From a virus (Duplodnaviria; Caudoviricetes), in the IMG/VR virus record IMGVR_UViG_3300020003_000009, positions 1 to 34,116 of that record: a stretch of DNA of 34,116 nucleotides; one strand, written 5' to 3'. The translations under genes and the position numbers were made by a program. Positions 8,354 to 18,593 of this stretch are shown here, one piece after another. Each line of letters begins with the position of its first letter. Position 1 is the first letter of the stretch. Under the pieces are notes generated by a model. The model saw only the letters and a list, made by a program, of their open reading frames with translations, ran no database searches and was not told the origin of the DNA.

Positions 8354-9611
8354 AGTCAACTACAAGAAGTTAGCGAGGGAGGACTCCTTTGTCGGACAAT
8401 ATCTTGCCTTTTCGGAAAACTCCGAAACTCCCTACGCCTACGACTTCTGGACAGCACTATGGTGTATATCGGTGGCTCTCGGGAGAGATATTGCTGTTGA
8501 TCGGCCTTCCGCTCCTGTTTATCTTAATCTTTACTGTGTCTTGGTTGCTGAGTCGGGAGTTACTAGAAAGTCAACGGCAGTCCGTAGGGCGGTATCCTTT
8601 ATACGTGGAATGTGTAACGATACCAACCAACTCATCGAGTCAAAGATCACACCTGAAAAACTCGAGTTTGATCTTGCTCTGCAATCCATTGAGTTCGGTT
8701 CCGCAAGAGCGTCAATCGCAATAGATGAAATGGTGAAGTTTCTAGGGAAAGAGAAGTATGTCGAAACCATGCCCACCCTTCTCACTGATCTTTACGACTG
8801 TCCTTCGCTCAGGGTTGGGGGCGGAACCCTTCTTCGTGGTAGCACAGTACTTCGGGATGTACACGTTAACTTCCTTTCTGCTTCGACACCCTCATGGCTG
8901 TTGCGAGCTGTTAATCCCGATGTTATCGAGGGAGGCTTCACCTCACGAGTGGTGTTCGTGGTCAGCGAGAAACCAAAGCGTACTGCCCCTTGGCCCACGA
9001 AGTCTGACGATGCAATAAGACAACAGTTGTTGCTGCGCCTCGCTACTATAAGTGAGGAAGCAAAGAAGTTTCCCACTATCGCACTCAGCGAAGGAGCGAT
9101 GTCACGCTTCAAGTCATGGTACAAACACAGGGAGTTGAAACGTGATCCTTACAGAGCTTCTTTCCAAAGTCGGGAGGATAGTCACATCCTCCGCGTGGCT
9201 GCTTTGCTATGCGTTAGTGACGGCACTTGGGAGATACAAGCTTATCACATTACCACTGCGATTAAAGTTGTTATCGAAACTCGTGAAGATGGTGCCGGGA
9301 TATTTGAAGGCACGGGCACCAACTCAAGACTTGTCCTGGGAGTTGACGCCATACGAGACAAGCTCCTTGCGGCGGGGATCGGAGGCATCAAGCACAGCGA
9401 ACTCAGTAAAGCAGTGCAACGATTTATGGACGCCGAACACACACGAACCGCCCTCGATGTGATGCACGAGCTTCAGATGGTACAGAAGTTTGAGAACGTG
9501 AGTGTGGGTCGCGGTAGACCAACTACGATATGGAGAGCGAAGCAAGGCTTAGTGTCTAGCAACGCTCTCGATACCATTCTCAATGCCATTACCCCTACTG
9601 CGGGGGGCTGA
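8346..9611 (+). CDS. DUF3987/YfjI-like AAA+ ATPase with C-terminal winged helix (candidate replicative helicase)
   Basis: NLYCVLVAESGVTRKSTA (Walker A-like), IAIDEM (Walker B), GGFTSR (Arg finger), GRGRPTTIW wing. Confidence 0.7.
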   Translation: MSRVNYKKLAREDSFVGQYLAFSENSETPYAYDFWTALWCISVALGRDIAVDRPSAPVYLNLYCVLVAESGVTRKSTAVRRAVSFIRGMCNDTNQLIESKITPEKLEFDLALQSIEFGSARASIAIDEMVKFLGKEKYVETMPTLLTDLYDCPSLRVGGGTLLRGSTVLRDVHVNFLSASTPSWLLRAVNPDVIEGGFTSRVVFVVSEKPKRTAPWPTKSDDAIRQQLLLRLATISEEAKKFPTIALSEGAMSRFKSWYKHRELKRDPYRASFQSREDSHILRVAALLCVSDGTWEIQAYHITTAIKVVIETREDGAGIFEGTGTNSRLVLGVDAIRDKLLAAGIGGIKHSELSKAVQRFMDAEHTRTALDVMHELQMVQKFENVSVGRGRPTTIWRAKQGLVSSNALDTILNAITPTAGG

Positions 9612-12600
9612 ACGGACGTAGATACTCTTCTGGGTTGAAGTCCTCGAATGTAAACTCTCTCCCAATGTCCTGAGAGATCGTCTCTTCATACTCCCGCACA
9701 CTCTGCAACATCAGCATACGGCGATACTTGACCTCATCTACAAGAGGATTAACTTCTGCGTTCTTCTCTGAGATAGTCTTGTTCGTTGCAGCTTTGATGC
9801 TCTCGATCCGCTTCGAGATTTGTCTAATCTCTTCCTTGGCTTTGTTGTTGTCGATGTACAGCCTGTTAGCCATCGAACCGATGTGCAGCATTTCTGTCCC
9901 TGCTAAGTCTGTGCGTAACTCCATCGCACTTGGATCAATAGGTTGACCAATCCTGGCACTAGACCGTGAGGCACTGGTGTAATCACCTGTCTTATAGTCT
10001 AGTGTTAGGAAGTTGTTAGCAGTCTCAATACCCTTATCCCTGTCCTTCAACAGTGCGTAGTTGGTATCAGCAGCACTTTTGCCTTCTGCACGATCACCGA
10101 AGAGAGGCTTCAGAGGTCCAGCGCCTTTCTGTGCTCCTTCCTTCCACTGATCTGTGACCATTTGCATAGCACGCTTGTCGTTGTCAGGATCTTTGTCGTT
10201 CAGAAGCCTCCACGCATCTTCTGCTATTTCCAATAGACCAGCACCAGCAGACGAGAACAGCGTACGCATTATCACTTCTTGTTGTGATCCCACCAAACTC
10301 TCAGGGCGATCTGCGTCAGCCTCCAGGCCAGTGATCTTCTGTGTCTTGGGACCGACAACTTCACCTGTGAGTGTGCTCATGCCGGGGTCCACACCCATAA
10401 CACCCATCAGTGCTTGTAATGGTGGTATGCTACTAGCATCGCCAGTGTACTTGATCCCCGGTAGCCCTCCTTCGGGCTTAAGGTTCACGCCAGCCGCTAA
10501 CAGCGAGCTAGGCATATTAGCTCTTAGAGCTTCATTGAACCTCATTTCCCAATCTTTCCATGCCTCCTCGTCCATCTGTGGACCTTCGCCCTCCACCATC
10601 TTCTGCATAGACTTGATGAAGCCTTCGTCCCACTCTCCAGTGTTCATGCCACTCATCTGATCGGTGATTGGCATGACACCACCTAAGAAGAGCCGTTGTA
10701 GCTGATCCAATGGCAATTCTGCACCACCAAACATAGTGAGCTTGTTCGCTCTCTGTTGAGGTGTCTTTGCTTGGTGCTTCGCTCTTGCCTCTTCATCGTA
10801 GTATTGAGACAAGTAGAACATAGCAGCAGCAGTGGCACCAGTCTGTGTCACGTTGCGGCCGAAGTTGAGTGGATCTTCTTTGAACCTCTTCCCTACTTGA
10901 GCCAGCGTAGCTAGTGAGATAGGACCATACAGGTTGGCTGATGCTAGATAGTTCACAGCCTTACTTGATCCGTGAATAGAAGGGTCAGCAGAGAGCCGAC
11001 GCATATCAGAGATAAACTCATCCAAGTCTCTCACTCTGCCTTTGTTAGCTCTCACCGCTTGATACCGCGCTCCATTGTGCATTGCCTCTAACAGTCCACC
11101 ATACTGACGTATGAATGGCATTGTCTTAGCTTGTACCCAACGATTGTTGATCTTACTCATGCGTCCACGGATAGCACCAATGCCTCCATTGGGATCATTC
11201 AGTGACTCGTTGATGTCGTCAATTACTCTCTGCGACTGCTGACGAGCATACTCAGGGACTTGTCCTTCAAGTCCTTCCATAACATGAGTTGGGTCTTGTG
11301 ATCCCCACGCAGATTTAGAGGTAATTCCCATCCTGTCCATGTCAGCTAGTGTAGACTGCTTGTAATGGTTCTCCAGGAATGTAGTGAACCTCTCTGCTCC
11401 GTTGGGCATCTTGTTTAGCATATCACGGAGCCACGAGTTCTCACGGATCATGTGCATACGCATCCGTGTTGCCATTTCACGCCCGATCATGTCACCCGCA
11501 GCACGAACACCTCCGATGTGACCACCAGCGAACAGACGATTAGCCAACCCGACTTTGTGGCTCTTACCCTTAAGTGTAGATGCAGCCATGCTATCCATGA
11601 TTGGTGCAGCGACAAGCCCAAACAGGTTACGACCAGTAGCTACAGCACCAGTAGTGAAGTTCTGATACATCTGGCGCATTTCTTCGAGGTACTTAACAGT
11701 CTCTCTAGGACTTAGATGCAGTGAACTAGCTAGTTGGCTATCGGTGACATCATATCGTACAACACCTGTTGGCGTTTGTACTTCATGTACATCACGACCA
11801 GTCTGATCGCCTCTGAGCTTACGTACAACTAGGTCGCCGTTCTTCTTACGCGCACCAGCGTTGCTCATCTTCTCTAGGTACTCACGCCTAAACTCGTTTG
11901 TCTCTGCTCTGCGAATGGTGTCAGACCATTGCTCGAACAACATTGAGAGAGGATTAGCAACACCCTCACTTCCCTTAAGACCAGTCTCAGGGAGAAGGTT
12001 ACGAGCGTTCTTAGCGTCCTCGTTAGCAGAGTATCTCATGCTAAACGGAGAGTACGGAGCCTCTTGCTGTAAGTTGCCCTTCAGTGGCACGTAGTTGGGC
12101 CTCTCAGCACGCATCTTAGCATAGTCAGCTTGTGAGATTAGCCCACGATCTACTTCATAGCGCAGCTTATCATCGTAGAACTTCTGTATCTGAGTGAAGT
12201 ACTTACCCAACTTGGGATCAGCTTTTACACTGTCTACTAGCTGCTGCATCTGCCTTGGATTAACTCTGTTCCCAAACTTGTCCTCAAACAGAGAAGCATG
12301 ATTGCCTGTACGATTGATGTCGTCTAGCGATGATGCTGCTACAAGTGCATCGTTCACACGGAGCTGTTCAGCACCATCCAACTCATCAGCAAATGTGCGT
12401 GACCAAGCACCAAGGCTTTCTGTCCTCATATTAGAGCCTGGAGCTTCACCTGTGCGGAGCCAGTGAGAGAACCTAGCTTGAATAGAAGAGTTGGTGAGTG
12501 CATCCAACCTAAAGCCGAACTTCTTAGCTTGGTTTCTACCAAGGAAGCGATCAGCCATAGTAGTGATTGGGCGTGTCTTTTCAAACGCACCTCCGATCGC

Positions 12601-13746
12601 ACGATCACCTAGTCCGTGTTCTCTTCCTTCCCACTTAGTACCAACGTACTGTGGCTCTCCTTCAGAAGCTTCTCTACCCGCTGGTGCAACGGAGCGTTCC
12701 GGTACGTCAGCATCTACGTCAATAGGTGCAGTCTCTGCATAATCATCAGGATCATCGAACTTACCGACGTTGCGAGGATCATTGATAGCAGCCTTACGAG
12801 CTTCAAGGTGTGTCTTGGCGATCTTACCAAGCCTGCGATGCCCAACAGTTGCTCCTAGTGCAGCAGTCAAGAATATCCCTGCATCCTTAGCCTTCTCGTT
12901 CCACACGGCACTGTCTGTTGCAGCCTCATCCTCTACAGAGGGTGGCGAAGCAATGTACGCATCTATCTCTTCATCAGTAATCTCACCAGCTTCGTAAGCG
13001 TCATTCAACATGAGTTGATCTAACTCTTGTAGCTGTGCTTGTTCCTCCTTGGATGAACCTACTGGTGCGTTGTCTCTGCCTGTCAGGCCACGCACAAGCT
13101 CTGGAACAGTACCATCGTACTCCTGTCCATCAGCAGTAGTGCCTTTGTCCATTATGACATCTAGAGTACCATGTACAGCAGATGCCAATGGTACAGCAGT
13201 GCTCAACTTAGTCTGTCTGAAGGGAGTAGCAAGCTCTGCTGCAACCTTAACAGGCTTTCTGATGATGCCTGGAGTCTTGTTCAGCGTCTTGAGTATCTTA
13301 CCACCCTTGGAAGTAGCACCGAGCAGTCCCACTGGACCTCTAATGAGGTTCGGTAAGCCATAACGTAGCAGTGACTCCTTCAAGTTGGTAGGGTCACTAA
13401 CACCAGCAAGCTCGTTGCCCGCCTCTCTAGCTACATCCATTTCTTCGTAAGCTTGGTTCAGCACTCGTTCGGCAATGTTGTTACCGGAGAACGGCTTACC
13501 AGTCTTTTCAGTACTAGCCTGTCCAGAAGGCATATAGCTCTTGACCATTGCTGGTATACCAATGGTCTGTGGGATGATCGCAGGCTTGTAGTGGCCCTTA
13601 CGCTTGTCCACATCAGCAGTTACAAGCTCGTGCAGTCCTGCACCAACTTGTCTAGCGTCTTTCAGCCATTGCTGGTTAGGACCAAACAAGTAGTCGTACG
13701 CCATGTACGCACCACCAGTGGGGCCACCGACATATCTCTTAGCCAA
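9595..13746 (-). CDS. Large internal virion / DNA ejection protein
   Basis: 1383 aa, helical composition, last gene of the podoviral late operon after two other ejection-type genes and the SLT-bearing gene. Confidence 0.7.
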   Translation of the reverse strand: MAKRYVGGPTGGAYMAYDYLFGPNQQWLKDARQVGAGLHELVTADVDKRKGHYKPAIIPQTIGIPAMVKSYMPSGQASTEKTGKPFSGNNIAERVLNQAYEEMDVAREAGNELAGVSDPTNLKESLLRYGLPNLIRGPVGLLGATSKGGKILKTLNKTPGIIRKPVKVAAELATPFRQTKLSTAVPLASAVHGTLDVIMDKGTTADGQEYDGTVPELVRGLTGRDNAPVGSSKEEQAQLQELDQLMLNDAYEAGEITDEEIDAYIASPPSVEDEAATDSAVWNEKAKDAGIFLTAALGATVGHRRLGKIAKTHLEARKAAINDPRNVGKFDDPDDYAETAPIDVDADVPERSVAPAGREASEGEPQYVGTKWEGREHGLGDRAIGGAFEKTRPITTMADRFLGRNQAKKFGFRLDALTNSSIQARFSHWLRTGEAPGSNMRTESLGAWSRTFADELDGAEQLRVNDALVAASSLDDINRTGNHASLFEDKFGNRVNPRQMQQLVDSVKADPKLGKYFTQIQKFYDDKLRYEVDRGLISQADYAKMRAERPNYVPLKGNLQQEAPYSPFSMRYSANEDAKNARNLLPETGLKGSEGVANPLSMLFEQWSDTIRRAETNEFRREYLEKMSNAGARKKNGDLVVRKLRGDQTGRDVHEVQTPTGVVRYDVTDSQLASSLHLSPRETVKYLEEMRQMYQNFTTGAVATGRNLFGLVAAPIMDSMAASTLKGKSHKVGLANRLFAGGHIGGVRAAGDMIGREMATRMRMHMIRENSWLRDMLNKMPNGAERFTTFLENHYKQSTLADMDRMGITSKSAWGSQDPTHVMEGLEGQVPEYARQQSQRVIDDINESLNDPNGGIGAIRGRMSKINNRWVQAKTMPFIRQYGGLLEAMHNGARYQAVRANKGRVRDLDEFISDMRRLSADPSIHGSSKAVNYLASANLYGPISLATLAQVGKRFKEDPLNFGRNVTQTGATAAAMFYLSQYYDEEARAKHQAKTPQQRANKLTMFGGAELPLDQLQRLFLGGVMPITDQMSGMNTGEWDEGFIKSMQKMVEGEGPQMDEEAWKDWEMRFNEALRANMPSSLLAAGVNLKPEGGLPGIKYTGDASSIPPLQALMGVMGVDPGMSTLTGEVVGPKTQKITGLEADADRPESLVGSQQEVIMRTLFSSAGAGLLEIAEDAWRLLNDKDPDNDKRAMQMVTDQWKEGAQKGAGPLKPLFGDRAEGKSAADTNYALLKDRDKGIETANNFLTLDYKTGDYTSASRSSARIGQPIDPSAMELRTDLAGTEMLHIGSMANRLYIDNNKAKEEIRQISKRIESIKAATNKTISEKNAEVNPLVDEVKYRRMLMLQSVREYEETISQDIGREFTFEDFNPEEYLRPFSPPQ

Positions 13747-15214
13747 CTCGTCTCCCCTTGTCGTACTTCACAACCCTGCCGTTCTTCAGTTTGGCTGTGA
13801 TAATACCAGCATCATCGACACTTACATCAGCTACGTGTGGTAGTGCTCTGAGCCTTGTAACACGGATGTTGTTCGGATCAGCAGAGGGACGAACACTTGC
13901 GTAAGCTTCTGGAGAGTCCACTCGACGCTTATAGTCTTGTGCTTCCTTCGATCCCCATGCACCACGCGCCTTTGGTCCTGCATTGTATTCTAACACAGGG
14001 TCTTGGCCGCGCTTGATGCTGTCACTCAGATGTATAGCTGCACTCTCAGCAGCAGCTTGAGGACTAGACCAAGGATCAATCTTCCACCGCTTGATGAAGT
14101 GGTCACGCGTTCCTGGAGTGAACTGATACACAGTGCGAGCACCCTTCGGTGATACACTTCTAGGACCAGTAGCATTGGTACGTTCACCAAACACACGGAT
14201 GCGCTTCATCAATCCTTGTGGTAGACCGTACTTCCTTTCTAGTCTGTTCTCGATAGCGTCATAGCCAGCATCGCGGTAATCAGTGAGATCACCACGGATC
14301 GGTTCAGCGGCTGATGTAGCTGGTGCAGCGCCGCCCTGTGCACCAGCATTAGGGCTTGGTGAAGGCGCCATTCGCCTAAACACTCTGCCAGTCTTAGGAT
14401 CAATGCCAGCAGCCATTGCCTCTGCTTGTGCTTGAGCAAGCGCACCAGCACCAGCTTTAGAAGTCCACTTAAGCCCCATCGACACTCCAGAAGGATTGAA
14501 GATTTGTTCAACAGTTACGCCACCGTTGTTCTTTTGGTTAATCTCTGCAACGGTAGTGTCACGAAGATACCGATCTTCAGGAGTGTCCTCTGTGTAAGCA
14601 TCAATCTCGTCGCTTACATTCATTCCCTTCACAAGCTCTGGCAACTTACCAGTGACAGGATCACGTATCAGATGTTGCTTGGCTTCGTCGGAGAGAGTAG
14701 TGCCAGTCTCACCAAGTGTCTTGAAGCTGGTAGCAAACTTGTCGAGCGTCTCAGCACGCTTCATACCAAGATTGTACACGTTGCCAACCTGTTGCTGCAA
14801 CGGATTGCGAACGATCCTGCTCTCACCCGTTACAGGATCAGTTTCTACAGTCTCAAGACCACCAATACCTTCCTGAGTATACTGAAGGTTGCGATCACCT
14901 ATATCAGCTTCTCTTTCAGCGAAGAGATCACGCTTCTGTGCGTCGATCTGCAAATCCTGTGCGCGCTTAAGCATTTGGGCGTATCCCTCCTGCTCATTTC
15001 TCTTCTCATTGCGTAAAGCCCAAGCATTAGCTGCTGCTAAAGCGGCACTAGAGCCTTGGCTCTGATCCGCAGCAGTGCTTTGCAAATACCCTGCATACCC
15101 TGGAGTGAAAACTCCATACTGCTGCACTTCTGGAGTAGGAATGGTCGTAGTCTGACGCTTGTTCCTAGCCCTTAGAGCAACGCTCTCCCTCGGCTTACCT
15201 GCTGTGTCGGCCAT
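13739..15214 (-). CDS. Internal virion protein with lytic transglycosylase (SLT-like) domain
   Basis: ERKYGLPQGLM...GERTN...SPKGARTVYQFTPGT...YNAGP SLT motifs in the C-terminal third. Confidence 0.8.
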   Translation of the reverse strand: MADTAGKPRESVALRARNKRQTTTIPTPEVQQYGVFTPGYAGYLQSTAADQSQGSSAALAAANAWALRNEKRNEQEGYAQMLKRAQDLQIDAQKRDLFAEREADIGDRNLQYTQEGIGGLETVETDPVTGESRIVRNPLQQQVGNVYNLGMKRAETLDKFATSFKTLGETGTTLSDEAKQHLIRDPVTGKLPELVKGMNVSDEIDAYTEDTPEDRYLRDTTVAEINQKNNGGVTVEQIFNPSGVSMGLKWTSKAGAGALAQAQAEAMAAGIDPKTGRVFRRMAPSPSPNAGAQGGAAPATSAAEPIRGDLTDYRDAGYDAIENRLERKYGLPQGLMKRIRVFGERTNATGPRSVSPKGARTVYQFTPGTRDHFIKRWKIDPWSSPQAAAESAAIHLSDSIKRGQDPVLEYNAGPKARGAWGSKEAQDYKRRVDSPEAYASVRPSADPNNIRVTRLRALPHVADVSVDDAGIITAKLKNGRVVKYDKGRRVG

Positions 15215-15217
15215 AAC

Positions 15218-16207
15218 TTAGCCTCCGGTTGGTGGTTTAGCGAAGCTACTAGCAGCATTGCCTAGACCAGTAAGTAGCTTACTAGTTGGAGACGCAACAC
15301 GTGTTTTGGCGAAAGCATCGTAGCCTTGGCGCAAACCAGTTCCAGCATTAGCCAAAGTCTGTCCAGCTTGTGAGCCTCCACCCATAGCAAGATCGAGCTT
15401 GCTCATGTCAAAGTCCATCTGCTTCCCTAGGTTCTCTCTGCCAAGTTGCTCGTACGTAGAAGGAGCAAACTGTGCATCGTAGAAGTTGCTACCAATGCCG
15501 TGCATCTGTCCATACACACCGTAGTTCTGCTGATTGCGTCCTTGGTTTATCCCTTCCGCAAACTCAAGACCTTCGAGGCCAGGCGTACCCAAACCTGCTT
15601 GTGCACGAACCCTATCACGCGCAAGAGAAGTAAGAGCGTCACCAACTGCACTAGATCCAGTACGGAGTTGCATCGTTCTCGCAGCGCGTTCAGCATCGTC
15701 ATATCCTGCATTGAGTTGGCCTGTACGGCTAGCCATCAGTTGACCAGCAACGGCAGCGGGATCAACCATCCCAATGCCTCGTCGAGCCGCGTCAATATCA
15801 GTTAATGCTCTATCAGCCCGACCACTCGCCATTTGGCGCATTCGTTCTGCGTCGAGCAGTCCTTGGCGTCGCACTCCTTGATCGACTGTGTTACGTAACA
15901 GTTCCTCTCCGTACGAAGCACCTTGTATGCCTTGCTGCTCTGCTCCTAGAGCATACTCGTACTTGCCCGTAGCAGGGTTGAAGCGAGTAAACCCACCACT
16001 AGGATCGTAGACATCGGACGAAGTAGTAGCTGCTTGCTTCGCTAACTGACTGATGTAGTCAGCGATGCCAGACTGCTTATCAGCTAGCTTCTTCTGATCC
16101 TCATAAGCCTTCTTAGCAAGCTTGTTAGTTTTCTTGTCACCAAGGAAGCCAGCAATAGAGCCAGCTGCTCCTAATCCAGCACCGATTGCTGCTAATGGAA
16201 GTGGCAT
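15218..16207 (-). CDS. Internal virion / ejection (pilot-type) protein
   Basis: Hydrophobic Gly/Ala N-terminus PLAAIGAGLGAAGSIAGFLG; Q/G/A-rich body; synteny. Confidence 0.7.
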   Translation of the reverse strand: MPLPLAAIGAGLGAAGSIAGFLGDKKTNKLAKKAYEDQKKLADKQSGIADYISQLAKQAATTSSDVYDPSGGFTRFNPATGKYEYALGAEQQGIQGASYGEELLRNTVDQGVRRQGLLDAERMRQMASGRADRALTDIDAARRGIGMVDPAAVAGQLMASRTGQLNAGYDDAERAARTMQLRTGSSAVGDALTSLARDRVRAQAGLGTPGLEGLEFAEGINQGRNQQNYGVYGQMHGIGSNFYDAQFAPSTYEQLGRENLGKQMDFDMSKLDLAMGGGSQAGQTLANAGTGLRQGYDAFAKTRVASPTSKLLTGLGNAASSFAKPPTGG

Positions 16208-17121
16208 CAGAACGCTCCTTGAGAGCCTAGCCCTCTGCTCTGTGTGTTAAGTCTCTTACGTTCCCCTAGTGCGGTAGCTACATCAGTATCACGCAGATTG
16301 AGTGCTCCCTGTGCACCACCAACAGCACCGCCGATCTTCCCAAAGTCAAAGAAGTTCTTTCCGCCTATAGTGCTGCGAAGAGCACCTTCTGCACCTGAAG
16401 TGGTGCGGCCTAGATAGTCAGTCCTGTCTCCGATGTACGGATCAAGGGAGAAGGTAGTATCGCCTGGAGTAAAGGATTGGTAAGCGTCCCAAGCTTTCGT
16501 GTCAATGTCGTTAAGACCACCGCGCCATTGATCTATAAGGCCACTACCAAGATTACCAAGTTCGGACCTTGCTGTTCCCGCAGCGGTATTGATCGCTTGC
16601 TGTCCAGCATTGTATCCTACATCGTTGTAGATACCTCGTGCCTTACCAGCTTCTAGCTTTCTTTGTGCGTCAGTCTGCTGGCCCTGTATGATGTTGTTGA
16701 TGGCATCATCTAGCATGGTGCTTGGTAAGGCTGCTCGATCAGCACTCTGCCCAAACTTGTTCTCGAAGCTGCTTGTGAACTCGCGCCTCTTGTCCTCGTT
16801 GACAGCTTTCACAACATTTGTTGCGATGTCGTCACCGAACACTGAGTAAGGGTCTTTACTCAACATAGCAGTTTCTGCTGCTCTATCGAACTCTGCGTTG
16901 ATCTGATCCATGTAGAGTGCAGGATTAAGCCCTTGTGCGCGCAAGTTGAGCGTTGCTCTATTGATAGCAGCACTGCGAGCCATCGCCATCTTAGCAGGAT
17001 CAATGATCTCTGGCGGAGGCGTTACCGCTGCGGGTGCCGCAGGAGCAGGAGTTGCAGGCTGCAAGGCTTCCCGCGCCAACCTGCTTTGCTCTGCATTTCT
17101 CATTACATCAGCAAAGTTCAT
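16207..17121 (-). CDS. Putative internal virion protein
   Basis: ATG at 17121 in a TGATG overlap with the upstream stop; A/G/Q-rich; synteny. Confidence 0.6.
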   Translation of the reverse strand: MNFADVMRNAEQSRLAREALQPATPAPAAPAAVTPPPEIIDPAKMAMARSAAINRATLNLRAQGLNPALYMDQINAEFDRAAETAMLSKDPYSVFGDDIATNVVKAVNEDKRREFTSSFENKFGQSADRAALPSTMLDDAINNIIQGQQTDAQRKLEAGKARGIYNDVGYNAGQQAINTAAGTARSELGNLGSGLIDQWRGGLNDIDTKAWDAYQSFTPGDTTFSLDPYIGDRTDYLGRTTSGAEGALRSTIGGKNFFDFGKIGGAVGGAQGALNLRDTDVATALGERKRLNTQSRGLGSQGAF

Positions 17122-18593
17122 CACAGTTGTCCTATTGCGATCCAAGTGTAAGTGGCAGTACCACCACCACCATTGATGACATTCATACCGGAGACAGTAG
17201 GCGTTCCGTAGTTGTGGACATCACTATCATCAGACACAACACTCAACCCACCGTTAGCCATTGCAAACGGAGCAATAGAGTAAGGCGTTGGGAAGGTAAC
17301 TACACCTAGACCATCAGGACCAAGTGTTCCGATACCAGCCTGTATCATCATGGTCTGTCCGGTGCTGAAACCAAGACGTATATCTAGTACGTTAGCAGCA
17401 AAGGACGCTGTTATACCAGCAACTGCACCAGTGAGTGAGCGTGCTGCTGCTGCATCAGCTAAAGTCAGCATAGAGCGGCCAAACGCAGTTGTAGTCAGTG
17501 CAGCTATAGCGGCTAAGTCTGCGTCAAACTGCTGCACATCGAGGTTGGTTCTGGCAGTAGCAGCATCACTAGCGCCAGTACCACCATTAGCGATGGCAAG
17601 ATCAGCACCAGCCCAATTATCATTGTTGATCGTGTTCAGTGTGGCAATGGTGCCAAGGCCCAAGTTAGTCCGAGCAGCAGCAGCAGTGGCCGCTCCAGTA
17701 CCACCTTGTGTGATTGGAAGCGGGTTAGCAAGGTTGCCTGTGATCGTACCGCTAACAAGCAGATTACCACTTATAGAGGTAGTGCCAGTGACATTCAGGC
17801 CGCTATGGATTGTAGTCAGACCTGATACCGTATCTATCTGAAGCCCATTGATGGTGGCAGATGATCCAAGTCTAACTGTGTTAGGGCTAGTATCCTCTGC
17901 AATAACGAAGTCATTGACACCAGTGAGGTCCATTCTGATTGGACCCAATGTTCTGAGGCCAGTTGGGCCTATCCCTAGAGCAGCGATACCGTTCCTACCA
18001 AAGATAAGCTCATCAGTGGTGTGAATGTACTGTATGTAGCCAGCGAGAGCATTCTCTGGATCACCGAACGCTATCGTGCCTGTTGAGTTGTTGGGAGTGA
18101 GTATACTTATTCCTGCTGGTTGATTTGAGGAGATCACTAAATCATTGGCATCAAGATGAGGAGAAGCACCGCTAGGTCCAGCAATGATATTGATCTGTGA
18201 GAACTTCTTCAGCGGTGCTACAGTGTTGAAGCTCGTTCCATTGTAGATTGCCTTAACAGGTTCACCAGCTAGGAAGTCTCCCATTGCAACAGGGATGCCT
18301 AACACGAGTAGTGGCTTCGCTGCTTGGCCATCTACTGCAATAGTAGTTGGACCAGTAGGAGAAAGATTAGGGATGAACACCACAGTGAGGCCATTAGCTA
18401 GCACTCGATCCGGTGTATAGTCCAATGTGATTGCATTAGCAGTCCCACCCACTACAGGGAGAGGTACGTCACCGAAGGTAGCCTCTAGCAAGCTGTCCAG
18501 GAGTGTCCAGTTGTACCATTCATCCCCATGCCAGTTGTCGGAGTTGAAGTCGATGAGCTTAAAGCCCTTGTACGTGTATCCGTAAATGCTCAT
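17121..18593 (-). CDS. Tail fibre/spike protein
   Basis: Two GGTGA..A..ARTNL repeats; C-terminal MIQAG...VTFPTPYS...WIAIG fibre-tip domain; follows the nozzle gene. Confidence 0.75.
   Translation of the reverse strand: MSIYGYTYKGFKLIDFNSDNWHGDEWYNWTLLDSLLEATFGDVPLPVVGGTANAITLDYTPDRVLANGLTVVFIPNLSPTGPTTIAVDGQAAKPLLVLGIPVAMGDFLAGEPVKAIYNGTSFNTVAPLKKFSQINIIAGPSGASPHLDANDLVISSNQPAGISILTPNNSTGTIAFGDPENALAGYIQYIHTTDELIFGRNGIAALGIGPTGLRTLGPIRMDLTGVNDFVIAEDTSPNTVRLGSSATINGLQIDTVSGLTTIHSGLNVTGTTSISGNLLVSGTITGNLANPLPITQGGTGAATAAAARTNLGLGTIATLNTINNDNWAGADLAIANGGTGASDAATARTNLDVQQFDADLAAIAALTTTAFGRSMLTLADAAAARSLTGAVAGITASFAANVLDIRLGFSTGQTMMIQAGIGTLGPDGLGVVTFPTPYSIAPFAMANGGLSVVSDDSDVHNYGTPTVSGMNVINGGGGTATYTWIAIGQL

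Noticed and set aside
985-9032. CAACA/TGTTG palindrome as an NrdR box, LexA box or parS
   Set aside because: NrdR-like CACAACATGTTGTG has no 2-nt spacer, and the LexA and parS consensuses I know do not match
13739-14300. SLT domain as the phage endolysin
   Set aside because: It is fused to a 491-aa protein within the ejection-protein cluster, which fits a virion-associated entry enzyme
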